Shown: piece by piece, positions 1 through 12,160 of the stretch
How the letters are laid out: each line of letters opens with the position of its first letter
How positions within the stretch are numbered: position 1 is the first letter of the stretch
Origin: Oopsacas minuta
Lineage: Eukaryota > Animalia > Porifera
DNA length: 30,963 nucleotides
Assembly: GCA_024704765.1 (NCBI GenBank)
Contig: JAKMXF010000331.1
Coordinates: forward strand, 171,840-202,802
Direction of reading: 5' to 3'
Program-made: the position numbers and the translations under genes
The notes under the pieces: generated by a model
The model's input: the letters and a program-made list of their open reading frames with translations, nothing else
Database searches by the model: none
Told to the model about the DNA's origin: nothing

Positions 1-391
1 TTTAATTTTAGTTAGCTACTTTTATACTTCTAGATGGATATGTATTTCCCCTTAGTTTGTGAGTAGTTGATACATGCATGAATGTGAATAATTATATGTA
101 AGAGCTAGGATCATAACTGATATTATCTTGGGCATTAATCTAAAACATCGAAACGTTGATTTATTTCAGATGGCTATCATGTAAGAAGACAAAAAGACAG
201 CCACTACCATAAAATAACAGGAAAAATTTAGGAAATACATAAAAATCGTTGACTTGTAGATGGAAAATAAAAAACTGGACATGCTGGAAAGAATCTGAAA
301 ACAGATTTGAATTCAGCATAAAAAAAACTAGCTTAGAAAATGTTAATCTAATACTTGATGAGAAAATGAAGTTAAATTTTGTTGACCTGTG
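1..391 (+). mobile_element. 3' end (stop codon, 3' UTR, TIR) of a Chapaev3-type DNA transposon, copy A; the rest lies left of the window
   Basis: Reverse complement of 8607-~9000, differing by only a few substitutions and homopolymer indels by eye. Ends ...TTTTGTTGACCTGTG at 391 and is followed by ATA. Confidence 0.9.
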
Positions 392-930
392 ATACTTGTA
401 TATATTGTCTGTCAGTTTTCAAAGTTGCACAACGTACACATAAGTCTGTCATATGAGAGATGCACTTCTCTTTGTTCTATTAAAGATCCACTTGGTCACA
501 TTTGAATACATAATCACAATACAATTTTCGTTGATCGTAATAGTCCTTCATTGACGGACAGTTGACTCCTGCACGTAGTGCATCTCCTATAAAGAGATTC
601 CGCAATGGTATGGAAAATTCTTGAGGTCAATATTTTATTCAGTGAATTTTTATATCTTTTTTGGTAATTTATCACATTTACACATCTTTCTATAGAAAAT
701 TCATGGTAATGCTAGAGATTAGGTTGGAACATGTTGTTAGGGGTATTTAAGTGCGTAGAATCCGATTCTAACACTTTTACAGCCTGAGAGTTACAAATTG
801 ATATGATGTATCATATGATTAATCATGACTTCCCACCCTTTGGCATAATATTCAAAAGATGCTAGAAATTTCGTTTCAACAGTTAGACAGGGAAAATTGA
901 GCATGTGGATTCACATTTTGGCATTTTCAA
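392..930 (-). pseudogene. Probable 5' part of a decayed Chapaev-like transposase, separated from its 3' part (10912-11930) by an inversion
   Basis: The minus strand reads ...TYVYVVQL*KLTDNIYKY up to base 392. This joins through a shared TAT to VENLHFTAYILHL(G)PDYGCGL at 10912+, recreating the region before the first catalytic D. The left limit (~930) is approximate. Confidence 0.5.
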
Positions 931-944
931 ATCTGTATCTACTA

Positions 945-1050
945 ATGATTAATCAGGACGTCACTGTCTAAAAATCGAAAAAGTCTGATTTCATGACAAA
1001 ATTTTGAAAATTTCCATAACTAAATAACCGATTGTTATAAAACTTATACA
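945..1050. repeat. Dispersed repeat, probably a transposon subterminal sequence, with an inverted copy at ~22640-22745
   Basis: GACGTC...ATTTCATGAC(A/G)AAATTTTGAAAATTTCCAT...ACCGA is shared with the reverse complement of 22640-22745. Confidence 0.65.
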
Positions 1051-1314
1051 AATTCATTGTTGTCTCAATAACTAACGACTCACAAAGTTGAACAAATCGG
1101 AGGAGGTTGGTCAAATGATCAGGTGAGTGGACCTAAAATTCCCTAACTTGAAAATATTGGACATAAATAAAATTAGTTAGAAGTCTATTATAATCATAGT
1201 TGCAAATATATCGTTGCGAATATTTTGAAATTCTACTTTTGGTGCAATAAATGTGTAATTGATACTGTTAAACACACGCTTTATCTCCAAAATATTTCCA
1301 GCTAACTAAATTCT

Positions 1315-1790
1315 TTCGAATTCTGGGCTGGCGGGTGCGAAATCGATAAATCGAGCTCTAGCACAGCATGTGAACATATCTTAGTTAAATATAACCGTTG
1401 AGAACACATTTATATTTCTGAATATGGTAATAGACCTCGGGGGGGGGGGGCACTTTAAACATTTTGATCGGCCTTGTAATGCTCTAGGTCGACGACTGTG
1501 ACATCACCATATAAAGAGATATCAATGTCTTCTACTGGTTCTATATGGATAAGATATGTTTACATGCCATGTGAGAGCCCCATTCTTGATTTCGCACCGA
1601 CAGCAAAGAATTCGGCCCACAATCTTGACCAACACGTCCATCCTTTGGATTGGAGGTCTTAAGGATATTGTAGGCCGAATTCCTGGCTGGCCGATGCCAA
1701 ATAAAAAAATTGGGCTCTAACACGACATGTAAACATATCTTAGTTAGAAATAATTGTTTACAAATACGTTGACATCTCTACATATGTTGA
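1315..1790. repeat. Three degenerate copies of a ~70-75 bp module: forward 1315-1385, reverse 1549-1623, forward 1670-1745
   Basis: Core G(A/G)GCTCT..CA...CATGT(G/A)AACATATCTTA occurs three times. Copies 2 and 3 form an inverted repeat around a ~45-bp spacer. A G12 run lies at 1439-1450. Confidence 0.75.
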
Positions 1791-2368
1791 TGCCACAGTG
1801 CGGAATATTGGGTCCATTTAGAATATTTTGAGCGGCATTATAGACCATGGATAGACGAAAATGTAAACTCGCTTGGCTCACTCATATCGCATCCGATTGG
1901 TTTTAAATTTTCACACGTGTAGATAGGTAAGATCCTCAAAATATCATCCGAATTCGAGATCTAGAATTCTGCTTATCTAGCAGCCTAGACCCTTACCTAA
2001 TTATATCGAATATGCCGAATACGGATTTCACACATTTGTATTAATCATATGTAAATTTATTGTTGTTTTTAGGAAAATAAAGTAAACAAATTAAACAAAT
2101 CTAAAATCAACGTAGAGCCTGCTCTTAACGCTAAAATGGGGTAAAAAGTACGCTGAATAAGAATTCACATTTTCATGTTTCTCATATGTAAATTTATTGG
2201 GTTTTTTATGAATATCGGTAAAAGATTTCTAAATAGTTGTAGATACTTGGTTTTAATGGCTCTATTAGAGTAATCGAGTACTCTGTATCCGAATTTCGCT
2301 ATTTAAAGCATGCCTAAATAATTTATAGTTCTTGTAAAATATCGAGGCACGAATGGCGAGCCCAATTA

Positions 2369-2512
2369 AGGGGTGTAACTACCTTTGAGGCAGAGGAGAC
2401 AGTTGCCACCTCGCTATCTCGGGCGATGCCTCATCTCCCTATTGTAATCGCCATCATGTTGAGGCAATGGCCATCATTGAGTCCTCGCTCTGGGATCTCT
2501 AGTTACGCCCTA
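2369..2512. mobile_element. Small hAT-like MITE
   Basis: Imperfect TIRs AGGGGTGTAACTA (2369) and TAGTTACGCCCTA (ending 2512) around a GC-richer island. No matching TSD is visible. Confidence 0.5.
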
Positions 2513-3498
2513 GTGTATCATCAACGCCCTCTGAAAAGACTCTACTAGATCCGATGCTATTACCTTTACTCATTTCCTTGATAAATAAGCTGGGATCGAA
2601 AAGCTTATGTGCAGAAATTATTGAAAACACAGTAAGGCAATTTCAGAAAAAGTTTCCTTCCTGTGTCTTCAAAGAGTGTATATGTCTAATAGCAAAAATA
2701 AAATTATGAGTCATAAATATGTATGTTTATAAAACTTTACTACTACTTTTTAACAAAATATGAATTAGTATGCAAGTCATCTGCGAATAAATTCCTGGTG
2801 AAAATACAAAAGTTAGAAGATTGATTTTGCTTCACTAATAGTATTTTATATCAATAGTAATTTATAGATAACTAAACATATCACAGGATCAATATTAATT
2901 TGAATATATAAGTGCATCTATGGTCCAAATATGTTTGTGACTGTCATTGCCTTGGTGTATAGAATGCTATGATATTACCAAATAATTTGTATATAGTAGA
3001 AAGGCTGTATAAAAAAAAACAGGATGACATTCAAACCACGCGAAATTTATGCTGTTAAATGCTATAGCGTGTACATCATAGTAGCAAATTGTTCATTTAG
3101 TTATAAAACTACCAAAATTTAGACATATATACATTAGCGTAATATAAACATTTTGGATATTGGGAATTTGAAATGGTACATATGTTGGCTATGGCAGATA
3201 TGCACAATTTTTCACCTCCAATAATAGTTTACAGTGTACTAGTAAATGCAATCGAAACTGATATTTCTTGTCGATTTTTTTCACCATTTTCACTCTAAGT
3301 TTACAACAGTTATCAGAGATAAATAGATTTTCCATCAGCATATTCCTAACATCTGTTTATTCTTATCATATTGTGCTGTAGTATTAGTCATTTTAACCAA
3401 TTCTACGTTATATCGAAGTTTACCGTATAGAAGAATATTTTTAGTAAATAATCAGATACAATTTCAAACTAATTGATATTAATTATTAGATAAAGAAT

Positions 3499-3717
3499 TC
3501 ATCTTGAGCCAACCAATAGATTGATTATAGGTATATGGATTAATTTAACAAAATATCCAACAAATCCCATTATAGCAAATCCAGCTGCAGTAACCATAGC
3601 AACCATCAAGAATTCTTTCCTATCAGGTCTATTACAACGTTTTATCAATCGAATAGAATCCCTGGAAAATTGCTGCATGTAAGATGATGTGTCTGCCACA
3701 AAATGAGAAGGATCCAT
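3499..3717 (-). CDS. SEC61G: Protein transport protein Sec61 subunit gamma (SecE/Sss1 family), 72 aa, intact, no coding introns
   Basis: [21 protein letters not shown]...[27 protein letters not shown] matches the highly conserved Sec61-gamma sequence. A pyrimidine tract plus TAG at 3731-3733 looks like a 5'-UTR splice acceptor. Confidence 0.97.
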   Translation of the reverse strand: MDPSHFVADTSSYMQQFSRDSIRLIKRCNRPDRKEFLMVAMVTAAGFAIMGFVGYFVKLIHIPIINLLVGSR

Positions 3718-3867
3718 TATAAATATTTATCTATCAAAGTAGAGAATAAAAAAAGGAAATGGTAACATAATCGGAATAACACAACCAAGCTTCAAAGAAA
3801 CCAAAAATTGAAAAATTAATTTAAATATATCACCAGGGGCCTTATTCACTAAACTATTCATACTTAA

Positions 3868-5464
3868 GGGGAAACGGACATTTGGTTCCCTAGACATTTC
3901 GTTGCCTAGATATTACGTTGCCAATTACGTATCCAATGCTCAAGAATTTTAATAAAAGTAATGAGAGAATATGTTAATTTAATGATCTTATAATTTGTAA
4001 TTTAAGACAAGGCGTGAAGTATTAATGTAAAATATGTGTAATGTTCATATTAGAAATCAAATTTATGCGCCATTCCTCTTAGATATGTTAGAATCTCTCT
4101 ATTCTCGTAGTCTTCAACTAGTCTCAGGATTCTGAGATTTCTAGATTTACTGTGGTTTGAAGTTCTTGACACTTCGCCAGTCTAGCATCTGACTAGAGTT
4201 GCCTCCGGTAGAGATTACTCACGTTGTAGGTGCATTAAGAGCTTTACAAAACTTGGGTGTGAACAAGTGATTCTTGATTTAAAGGCATTATGCCATCCTT
4301 TGACTGAATTGTTTGTTCGGAGTAATCTGGATTTTACTCGTGTAAACATATTCCAAATTCCAAATTCGAATTGGAAAGCGTGGTATTCGTCTACTTTGAT
4401 CTTCACGTCCCTTTCCGAAGTAATTAACTTCAAAATATTCAGCTACCTCTTTACCTGATTCCGAAAATTACCCATCAATATTGTGAAGCAATCAATGACT
4501 TCAAATTCCGGCACAAAAGCTAGACTAATAACATCATTTTTATTGCAAATTCCTCATCTTCGAGATATAGTGTAGCCAACCCTATCGACTGTATTTGACG
4601 ATAAATGCTCTGCGACAGATGAAAAAAACAACCAGATATAACAGCTAAGAAATTTTATCCTACAGTATTGATTGAAGCTTTTTCGAAATCTACCATAATG
4701 GATGACGGATCTAATTCAGGTTCGATCTCTTTTAATATTTTGAGTAGTTCATCGCATGTAGATTGAAACTTGTTTAACATCAGTGCATATATGCATGGAA
4801 TGATGTATCCATCTTTCTAGTAATGAATTGTGTATAGCTGGAAAAATTGAATGGGAGCAGCTTTGAATGTACCATTTGAATACCAATTACTTGTGTCCCG
4901 TAAAAGGCTGAGCATTTGATGAGTGCCAAATACTAGCAGTCTGTTGGTTTCATGTATGCCTGAATCATATAGCAAGAATTGCTGTCCTTTTGAGGTTAAT
5001 TTATATATTTCAGGGATTATAATTTCCGTAGCCGTAGCAGAGTTATCAAAATTCTCACCACTGGATCTGGTGCGACGGATTGTCAGTTTTATTAAATTAA
5101 ATTTTGGTAATGCTGCTATAGTTGACTCATTCATTGATCCTAATCCACTAGCAAGTATGGACCTGGTACTGGTTCCAGAATTCAATGCGCGCTCTTTCAT
5201 TTGAGTGAAACCTTTAATCATCTCACCTCGCACAGGATTTGCTCCATGGGTGTGAGATGAGTAGATATCAGATCTGCTCTCAGGTTTTATCACAACTCCC
5301 TCTTTAGTAGAAATACGGGCTTTACAGGTTGCACGTTTTTCACAGTGCCAATGTAAGTACGGATAACAAGACTTAGTTAGAATATATAAAAAACCATCTA
5401 TGTAAGCCTTTTCTTTGCCTCTACTTGATTTCAGAATTTCAATCACAACATTTGGAGTGGCCAT
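3868..5464 (-). mobile_element. Mutator-like (FLYWCH-MULE) transposon remnant; transposase pseudogene 4050-5464
   Basis: FLYWCH-like KAYIDGFLY...HWHCEKRATCKAR...HTH, then WYSNGTFK (from DGTF), IMVDFEKA and TNNSVKGWHN (from EGWH), with several stops and frameshifts, ending at TAA 4050-4052. The terminus at ~3868 has three 16-bp subrepeats (3876-3923). The opposite TIR was not found. Confidence 0.9.
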
Positions 5465-5647
5465 GGGAATTGTAGTGCATATAAAATTCCATGTGCTACG
5501 TTCTATTTATACAATGTAATCAATTTACGCAATTTGATACCTTAGAACAAAATTAATTTGTTCCGAAAAGAACTATAACCTGTCAACAATAGGCTAGGCC
5601 GTGAACTACGTAATATAAGGACTGGAAACAGTAATAAAAAGCTGGAC

Positions 5648-8606
5648 CATGGATGAACTACAGGTGCATTTGTTTTTGCTATTTATTATTACCTGTGAAC
5701 TTTAAATAATAAAAGTACCTATTTTAATTGAATATCGACTCTGAAATTGGACCAGGGATGAGATAGAAGTCATTTAAATAAAGTATGTCATTATAATAGC
5801 ATATCATTGCTTAAAACTGAAATAATAACATAATAATAGGTCTAAAACAACATGAATAAAGAAATAGGAAACCAAAATCATCACAAAACTGTTAAGTGAT
5901 TTAGTAGCAGGAACTAATATGTCTTCTAAATAAATCTAAATTTCTTCAATTTCCGGGAATCATTCTTACTACAAGAAGTGATTTCAGAGTTGACATTCCG
6001 AACTTTATTAGCTAGTTTACAATTAGTACATACACTAAGGATCTTCCTAAGGATAGTCCAACCAGAAGTACCACAGCCCTTACAATTATCTCCCCAATGC
6101 TGGCTAAAATTATCAACCAACATATTTTCAGTCAGCTGAATTAATACCTTTCTTGATGGCGAGGAATAGAAGTGTTTCCTAAGAGTTTCATTCTCATCAA
6201 TCTTGATAAATATTTTCCATAATAGAACAATTTATTCAATTACTATTTCTGAAGGCCATTTCAGAGAACCACGATCAATGTACCTTGTAAGGTCATATTT
6301 AATAGTGTCTGTAATCTCAATATCTTGGTTCTCAGTTAGTTGCTGACTACAAAGATGGCAAGTGGCAGTTTTAAGATAAGAGTATACAGCGTAACCACCA
6401 ATAAATACAATTGATTGGAGAACATGAAGGTCGAGGTCAATAGAATTTAGATCATGTAACAATTCAGCATACTTATCGCAAGATATATTTGTGAGTTCAT
6501 CTGAAGTTGGAGAAAATGTGTTGATAAATTGTTTTAGGGTAAATTCACTTTTGCTTCGTTGTGATGAAAATTAACTTAAGAATACTTGACAAATTTAAGC
6601 GACGTTGACTCTCTAATATTTGAGAATAGGTGATATGATACTGAGCACCACTCATCATTCGATATAGACCAAATTGGTGTTCAATAGGGTCATTCTGAAG
6701 TCGAGAGCTTGGAACATACTCATATCCACAATTCTGAGTTAGGTGTGAAACGATCTACGGGAGAACTATACAAGAATGACGAAAACTTATTAAGGTTTGT
6801 GGACTAAGTTTCCCACCCCTACCAGTTGTTGAACTCCATCGCTCAAGCTATTCAGAAACTAATTCAAGATACACAAAATGCCAATCTTAGTCTGTGAGAG
6901 GCCTGGAATACTCATCATTCAAGCGGACGTGTTTGAAAGGCGTGTTTATGTTGAAGATTTTCCAAACCTTACTAATTACATCGACAAAGTTAGAAGTGTC
7001 ATTTGCTGAATCTGGGTGCAAGTCACATTGAATTTTAATAACTGCACAAGTTGAATCATTGAATATGCGAAGAGCTAGATTAACATTTTGACGTTCTAGA
7101 CTTGTAGGCCAACACGCCTTGGAACTAAGTCTGTGAGCTTGCTTGACAGTAGAATGCTGTTCACTTTTGTACAACAATCAGATATTATTAAACTTTGCCT
7201 CATTCTGGTTGGTAGTAGAAGTAGGGAGTAAAGAATAGATATGCATATCTGGATATATAAAAGTAAGATCAGAGTCCTTTAGGTTTAGCCAATTGTTTCT
7301 TATTGACTTGATAATATGTACGAAATCAAACATTATATAAAGGTTTCTCTCAGGACAAGCTGGATGTGGAACAACAGGAAGTAATGTCTTTTGGTCGGAG
7401 GAATATAATATGAATAAATGTACATTCAATGAGAAGTTGTCTGTCACGAGTACTTAAACGAATAAACCACACTTTTCAATATCAAAGATTACAGAGTTAA
7501 CAATTGGGTGTAGTTCTTCAGCGGTAGAAAAGGTTGAGGGAAACAACTTAACAACTTGTGACCATTTTTTGGATAAACTAGAGATCATCAAGGCAAAACC
7601 TTTTTAGTCGGAGTAGTAGGATCAATCTCACCAACCACCTTCCCGCCTAAACAACATAATATGAAAAGTTAGACTACCATAATTAGAAATTATATTACCA
7701 TTTATTACCTTGATAGGAAATATCAAATGAAACGTGGATCTCGTCCATATTGAGGGCAACATGTCGATTCCTCTTAGAAAAATCTACTGTTAAGTTCTTA
7801 AGTATATGGAAATATTCACTATCTAACCCAATGCAAGACGATAATGCACGAAGTGATCAGTTGTTGGAAGAAATAGACAATCCAATGATTGAAAAAACAG
7901 ATAGCAAGCAGGTGAGATCAAATGTGCTTTCAAGGCGATTGCCTAGAATTAGTAAAAAGGTAAAAAAGAAAGAAAATAGATAAGAAATGTAGAAACACTA
8001 ACCTGAGTAACTACGTTATACCTCCTTTTGGTTGGTGAAACTAATGAGTTTTCAAGCTGACAAGTAATGATCTGTAGGAGGGGTAACAAAGTAGTTCCCT
8101 TTACATCATGCTCAGTTATTTCTGTATTTTCTAATATTGAGATTGATTATTGCAATTTAGTGACCGCCTCTTTGATATTTTCTAGAACAAAACTGGGTTC
8201 AAATAACTCAGGATTAGTGTAGTTTAGAATATCACCACTTAAGATTTCAATTTGTCGTATATCGGTTAATCGACTGAGACTCAAAGGAATATGGTGTTGG
8301 CAACAAACTACTGAAACTGTTAAATCTGAATGAATTGATAAGGTAGATAGAATATGTAGAGACTGATGGCGAATTCAAGCTGCATGATCTCTAAGGTATT
8401 ACTAGAGGAATACCAGATCGCCCAATCTTGGATAAGGTGTAACTCTGGCAACTTAAATTTAAGATCCTCAAAATTCCCCAAACAGAAGTGTAATGGATCT
8501 TGCGGATCTTGTATAATGGCATCGTGAAGAGCTTTAGCAAAGTTTTCCTCATCCTTAGATTCAAGATTTAAAAGTTTGCTATTCGACCAGTTGTATTCAA
8601 GTATAA
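5648..8606 (-). mobile_element. P-element (THAP9-like) transposon remnant, copy 1; coding remnant 5926-8606; THAP end cut off at the Chapaev3 junction
   Basis: Motifs LNMDEIH, VTDNFSLN, FDFVHIIK, WPTSLERQNVNLALRIFNDST, FIGGYAVY and DRGSLKWP, with many stops and frameshifts. Putative terminus CATGGATGAACTACAGGTG at 5648. Confidence 0.9.
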
Positions 8607-10911
8607 CACAGGTAAACAAAATTTAACTTCATTTTCTCATCAAGTATTAGACTAACATTTTCTAAGCTAGTTTTTTTTATGCTGAATTCAAATCTGTTTT
8701 CAGATTCTTTCCAGCATGTCCAGTTTTTTATTTTCCATCTACAAGTCAACGATTTTTATGTATTTCCTAAATTTTTCCTGTTATTTTATGGTAGTGGCTG
8801 TCTTTTTGTCTTCTTACATGATAGCCATCTGAAATAAATCAACGTTTTTTTTTCGATGTTTTTAGATTAATGCCAAGATAATATCAGTTATGATCCTAGC
8901 TCTTACATATAATTATTCACATTCATGCATGTATCAACTACTCACAAACTAAGGGGAAATACATATCCATCTAGAAGTATAAAGGTAGCTAACTAAATTA
9001 AAAGTGTTGAGAATACGACTTACTTTTATATATCTTGTTGCGATTATCTCTGAAGAGCCACCAACAGTAATCGGACATCATGCCCTCATTCCAGAAACCT
9101 TGGTATCGGGTTTCCATCTCCTGTATGTCTTGGTGGAATCTCTCACCCTGTTCATCACTTACAGCTCCAAGGTTCTCAGGGAAAAAATCAAGGTGAGAGT
9201 GCAAGAAGTGAAGTTTTAGCGACATGCAACAGCCCATCTTCTCGTATGCGTTAAGCAAGGTTGCCACTCCTTCTCTGTAGTTGGACGACTTCTTGTTGCC
9301 CAAAAAGTTTTCACAAACCCATTTGAAAGAATTCCAAGCACTCATTTCTAATTCGGATAATGTCTTCTCGAAATCTGGATCTCTGAATACTTGTCTGATT
9401 TGTGGTCCTACAAATACTCCCTCTTTTAACTTTGCCTCGCTTAGTTTCGGAAATTTGCCTACCAAATGCAGAAATCCTGCTGAATTTGTTTTACCCATTG
9501 TTTTAACGAATGTTTTCATTAATCCAAGTTTAATATGAAGTGGGGGTAAGAAAACTTGGTTTGGATCTACCAATGGCGAATGCTGTAAATTGGTTTTCCC
9601 CACTTCATAGGTTCTCTTCGGCCAATCACATTTTTTATAATGTTCACCAGTTGCTCGGCTGTCCCATAGACATAGGAAACAACAATACTTTGTAAAACCT
9701 TGTTGCAAGCCCATTAATAGCCCGATTATCTTAAGATCACCGCAGATATTCCATATATCTATTCTATACTGTATTGCCTCCAAAACTTCCTGCAAATTGA
9801 CGAAGGTTTCTTTCAGATAGACGGAGTGAGCAATTGGAACGCCAGGCTTTAGATTTCCGTTATGCAACAGAACAGCTTTCAAATTGCGTTTTGACGAGTC
9901 GATGTAAAGGCGCCAATCAGAGGAAGAATGTTCTTGCAATACGTTTGCATAGAGTCCTTCGATATCATTACAATAGCACAGTGGACCATCAGTGGTGTAG
10001 TATTGAGCGAGATCGAAATTTCGCTTGCGATAGTGGGATACTAGGACATCTTTGTCGAGTAGGTTTTTCTGTTTGAGCCTGGATGCAAGGAGTTCAGCTT
10101 TGTCTTTAGATAAGTCTAGATCCCTGACCAGATCATTCAATTCTCCCTGTGTAAATGTTTGTGACTTTAGTAATTCATCTTCCGGGACATAATTAGCATC
10201 TGTAGAATCTGCATGGACATCTTCCACCATATCAGACCCGATTTTAATTTGCTATGGCTTGGGAAATGGGATTGGTAATGAGATGTTGTGTGGAATTGGC
10301 CTGCGAGCAGAATCCAAGTCTGGGTAAACAAGAGCGTGCTTATTCTTGGCTGAGAATCCTGTAATGTCGATAAGGCAAAAGTAACAATCATCAAGGTGAT
10401 TTTTCTGTTCCCTCCAGACGATGGGTATTGCAAATGGCATTGAAACTTCCCTTTTGTTCAACCAATCACGTAGTCCACTTGAACAAGAAGTGCATATAAC
10501 ATGTGGTGCCCATGACTTGTCTTGGTCACCAAGTGGACATTCGAAGTACAATTTATATATGTTCTTTAATTGATTTGTGATTGGTCGTCTTTGTGATTTT
10601 ACGCAAAAATGACCACAAACGTAACAGAAATTGTCGGGATGAGTTCTACAATTACGATGCATGTTTATAATTTGATTTGCTTGAATTCAAATAAGTAAAG
10701 TCATTTATAGTCCAGATAATTGAATCAGAATAGGCATGCTCATATAGCAATTTAGTAACTAGGTAATACTATACTATTGAAAAAATGGATATTGGATTTC
10801 AGAATAACTAGACGTGCTAGAGAAATTCTGATTGCACATTCGAGTTCAGCATTCAAAAGTATGCTAAGATAAATGTATGTGATCTCTGATGAGAAATCTT
10901 GTTGAGTTGTG
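8607..10911 (-). mobile_element. Chapaev3-type DNA transposon, copy B, 2305 bp, both ends present
   Basis: CAC...GTG termini with imperfect ~90-100 bp TIRs (CACAGGTAAACAAAATTT.. and CACAACTCAACAAGATTT..). The flanks TAA (left) and TAT (right) do not match each other. Confidence 0.88.
8998..10662 (-). pseudogene. Chapaev3-type transposase, 554 codons, one in-frame TAG at 10252-10254
   Basis: ORFs 10252-10662 and 8998-10230 are in the same frame, separated by TAG plus 7 sense codons. Zn-finger N-terminus (FCYVCG..WAPHVICTSC..WREQKNHLDDCYFC); catalytic-type motifs YIDSS, ICGDLK and SDEQGERFHQ; also CCFLC, LPPLHIKLG and KLHFLHSH. Confidence 0.9.
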
Positions 10912-12160
10912 TATGTGGAGAATCTTCATTTCACAGCCTACATTTTACACTTGGTCCGGATTATGGTTGTGGATTAACAAACTTTGTTATGTGATTACAC
11001 CTGAGAACTATGAAGAACTCTTATTCTTTTGAGTCTCAAGTGTTTCTGATGGTAACTATACCTTGGCCATGATTATGAATTTGCTTCAAATTCTGAAGTG
11101 CTTAATGATTACATTATATCATTTACTGTTGATCTGAAAGCAGCGGCACTCTGTCTGGGTATTATGCTTTGACGTTATCAATGCATTTGATGTGATGGGA
11201 TGTCAGAAGGCGGTTGGATAAAGTAATGAATAAATCTAGAACTGCAGCACATAATTCAGAAATCTACCATAAACTCTCAGCAAAATGTGATTGCGACGCA
11301 AAGAATCATGCGATTGAGTGTGAGAGGGTAGAGGATACGGAGGCTCTAGGCGTGTGGCTGTCTGATCACAAAATTCAAGAGTTGCATCTTTTATAAGGAA
11401 TTGAACAGAAGTCATATAATTCAATCGTGACTGCTATTTCTGACGAACAATTAGCTACACAAGAAATACTACCTAAACATAACGACATTTCAAGAATTTG
11501 ATTCCCCGGAGGAGCATTTCAAGGTAATGCCATGCGGAAAATCACTTTGTTGGTGGATGAGATTGGTTTCCAATGAATAACTCTTCTTTTAATGCACTAA
11601 AGCGATTTTCAGAAGTAGTGAAAGCATGTTTCTGGCAAAAGATCGAAGGGCCAAATACGTACGTTTGCGATCTTCCAATTTGTACAAGTATTTCGGCTTA
11701 CTGGACTAAACTGTTCATCAAAGATCAATATAATGTGTCGACACATCTTCCCAATTATCACACAATTCCTGACTGATGGCATGGGATTAGGAGCTGTTTC
11801 GGAACACGCAGCGGAATCAACTCATTCTTGAGAAAATTTGTGGAAATTATATAGGTAGTGAATCGCTAGAAATCTATCAAGAAAACTACTCAACGCTGTT
11901 AAAGTTATCAATTTCGCAAGTTTTATTTCTAATTGATCGGTACCACTTGTTTTTTTTACTATTACAATAATTTATTAGTTTAGTCTAAAACGAAAAATTG
12001 ATTTTTGTAACAAACTGTCTATTTACCAAAACTAACATATTTCAAAAATGGGTGCACTAAATTTGGTTTGACACAATATCGGAATCTTCAAATATTCTAC
12101 ATAAGAAAGTTCAAAAATCCGATTGACCTCATCTTTCATACTTTTTCTGTCAAACCTGTG
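10912..12160 (+). pseudogene. 3' part of an older, heavily decayed Chapaev-like transposase with its 3' terminus (..CAAACCTGTG at 12160)
   Basis: Fragments GPDYGCGL, FTVDLKAAALCLGIM, GAFQGNAMRKI, GLNCSSKINIMCRHI...GMGLGAVSEHAAESTH and RKLLNAVKVIN follow the D..DLK..H..SEQxxES pattern. The TIR-like end reads CACAGGTTTGAC inward. Confidence 0.7.

Noticed and set aside
392-402. A's flank (revcomp TATACAAGTAT) resembles B's left flank (TATTCAAGTATAA), suggesting that the element end extends further
   Set aside because: The match is offset by 2 nt and AT-rich, and both flanks read as parts of different coding remnants. At most this is a weak target preference.
1496-1504. CTGTG|ACAT as the inverted 5' end of the old Chapaev-like element (3/4 match to the ATTT flank at 12161)
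   Set aside because: The adjacent sequence does not resemble the TIR at 12100-12160.
3876-3923. Regular 16-bp repeats as a CRISPR-like array
   Set aside because: Head-to-tail subrepeats without spacers, in a MULE terminus of a eukaryotic genome.
4300-4885. Both MULE catalytic residues changed by G-to-A (DGTF to NGTF, EGWH to KGWH), suggesting targeted inactivation or editing
   Set aside because: The ORF has many other lesions. Two transitions are unremarkable without a consensus-based mutation spectrum.
10252-10254. In-frame TAG as evidence for a non-standard genetic code
   Set aside because: A single case in a transposon. Host genes end normally in TGA and TAA, and other TAG/TGA stops map to W/Q/R positions typical of point decay.
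9004-10433. Antisense and alternate-frame ORFs overlapping transposases (also 4923-5204, 7750-7983, 17784-18053, 28264-28551 and others)
   Set aside because: Shadow ORFs of TE coding sequence with no recognisable motifs.
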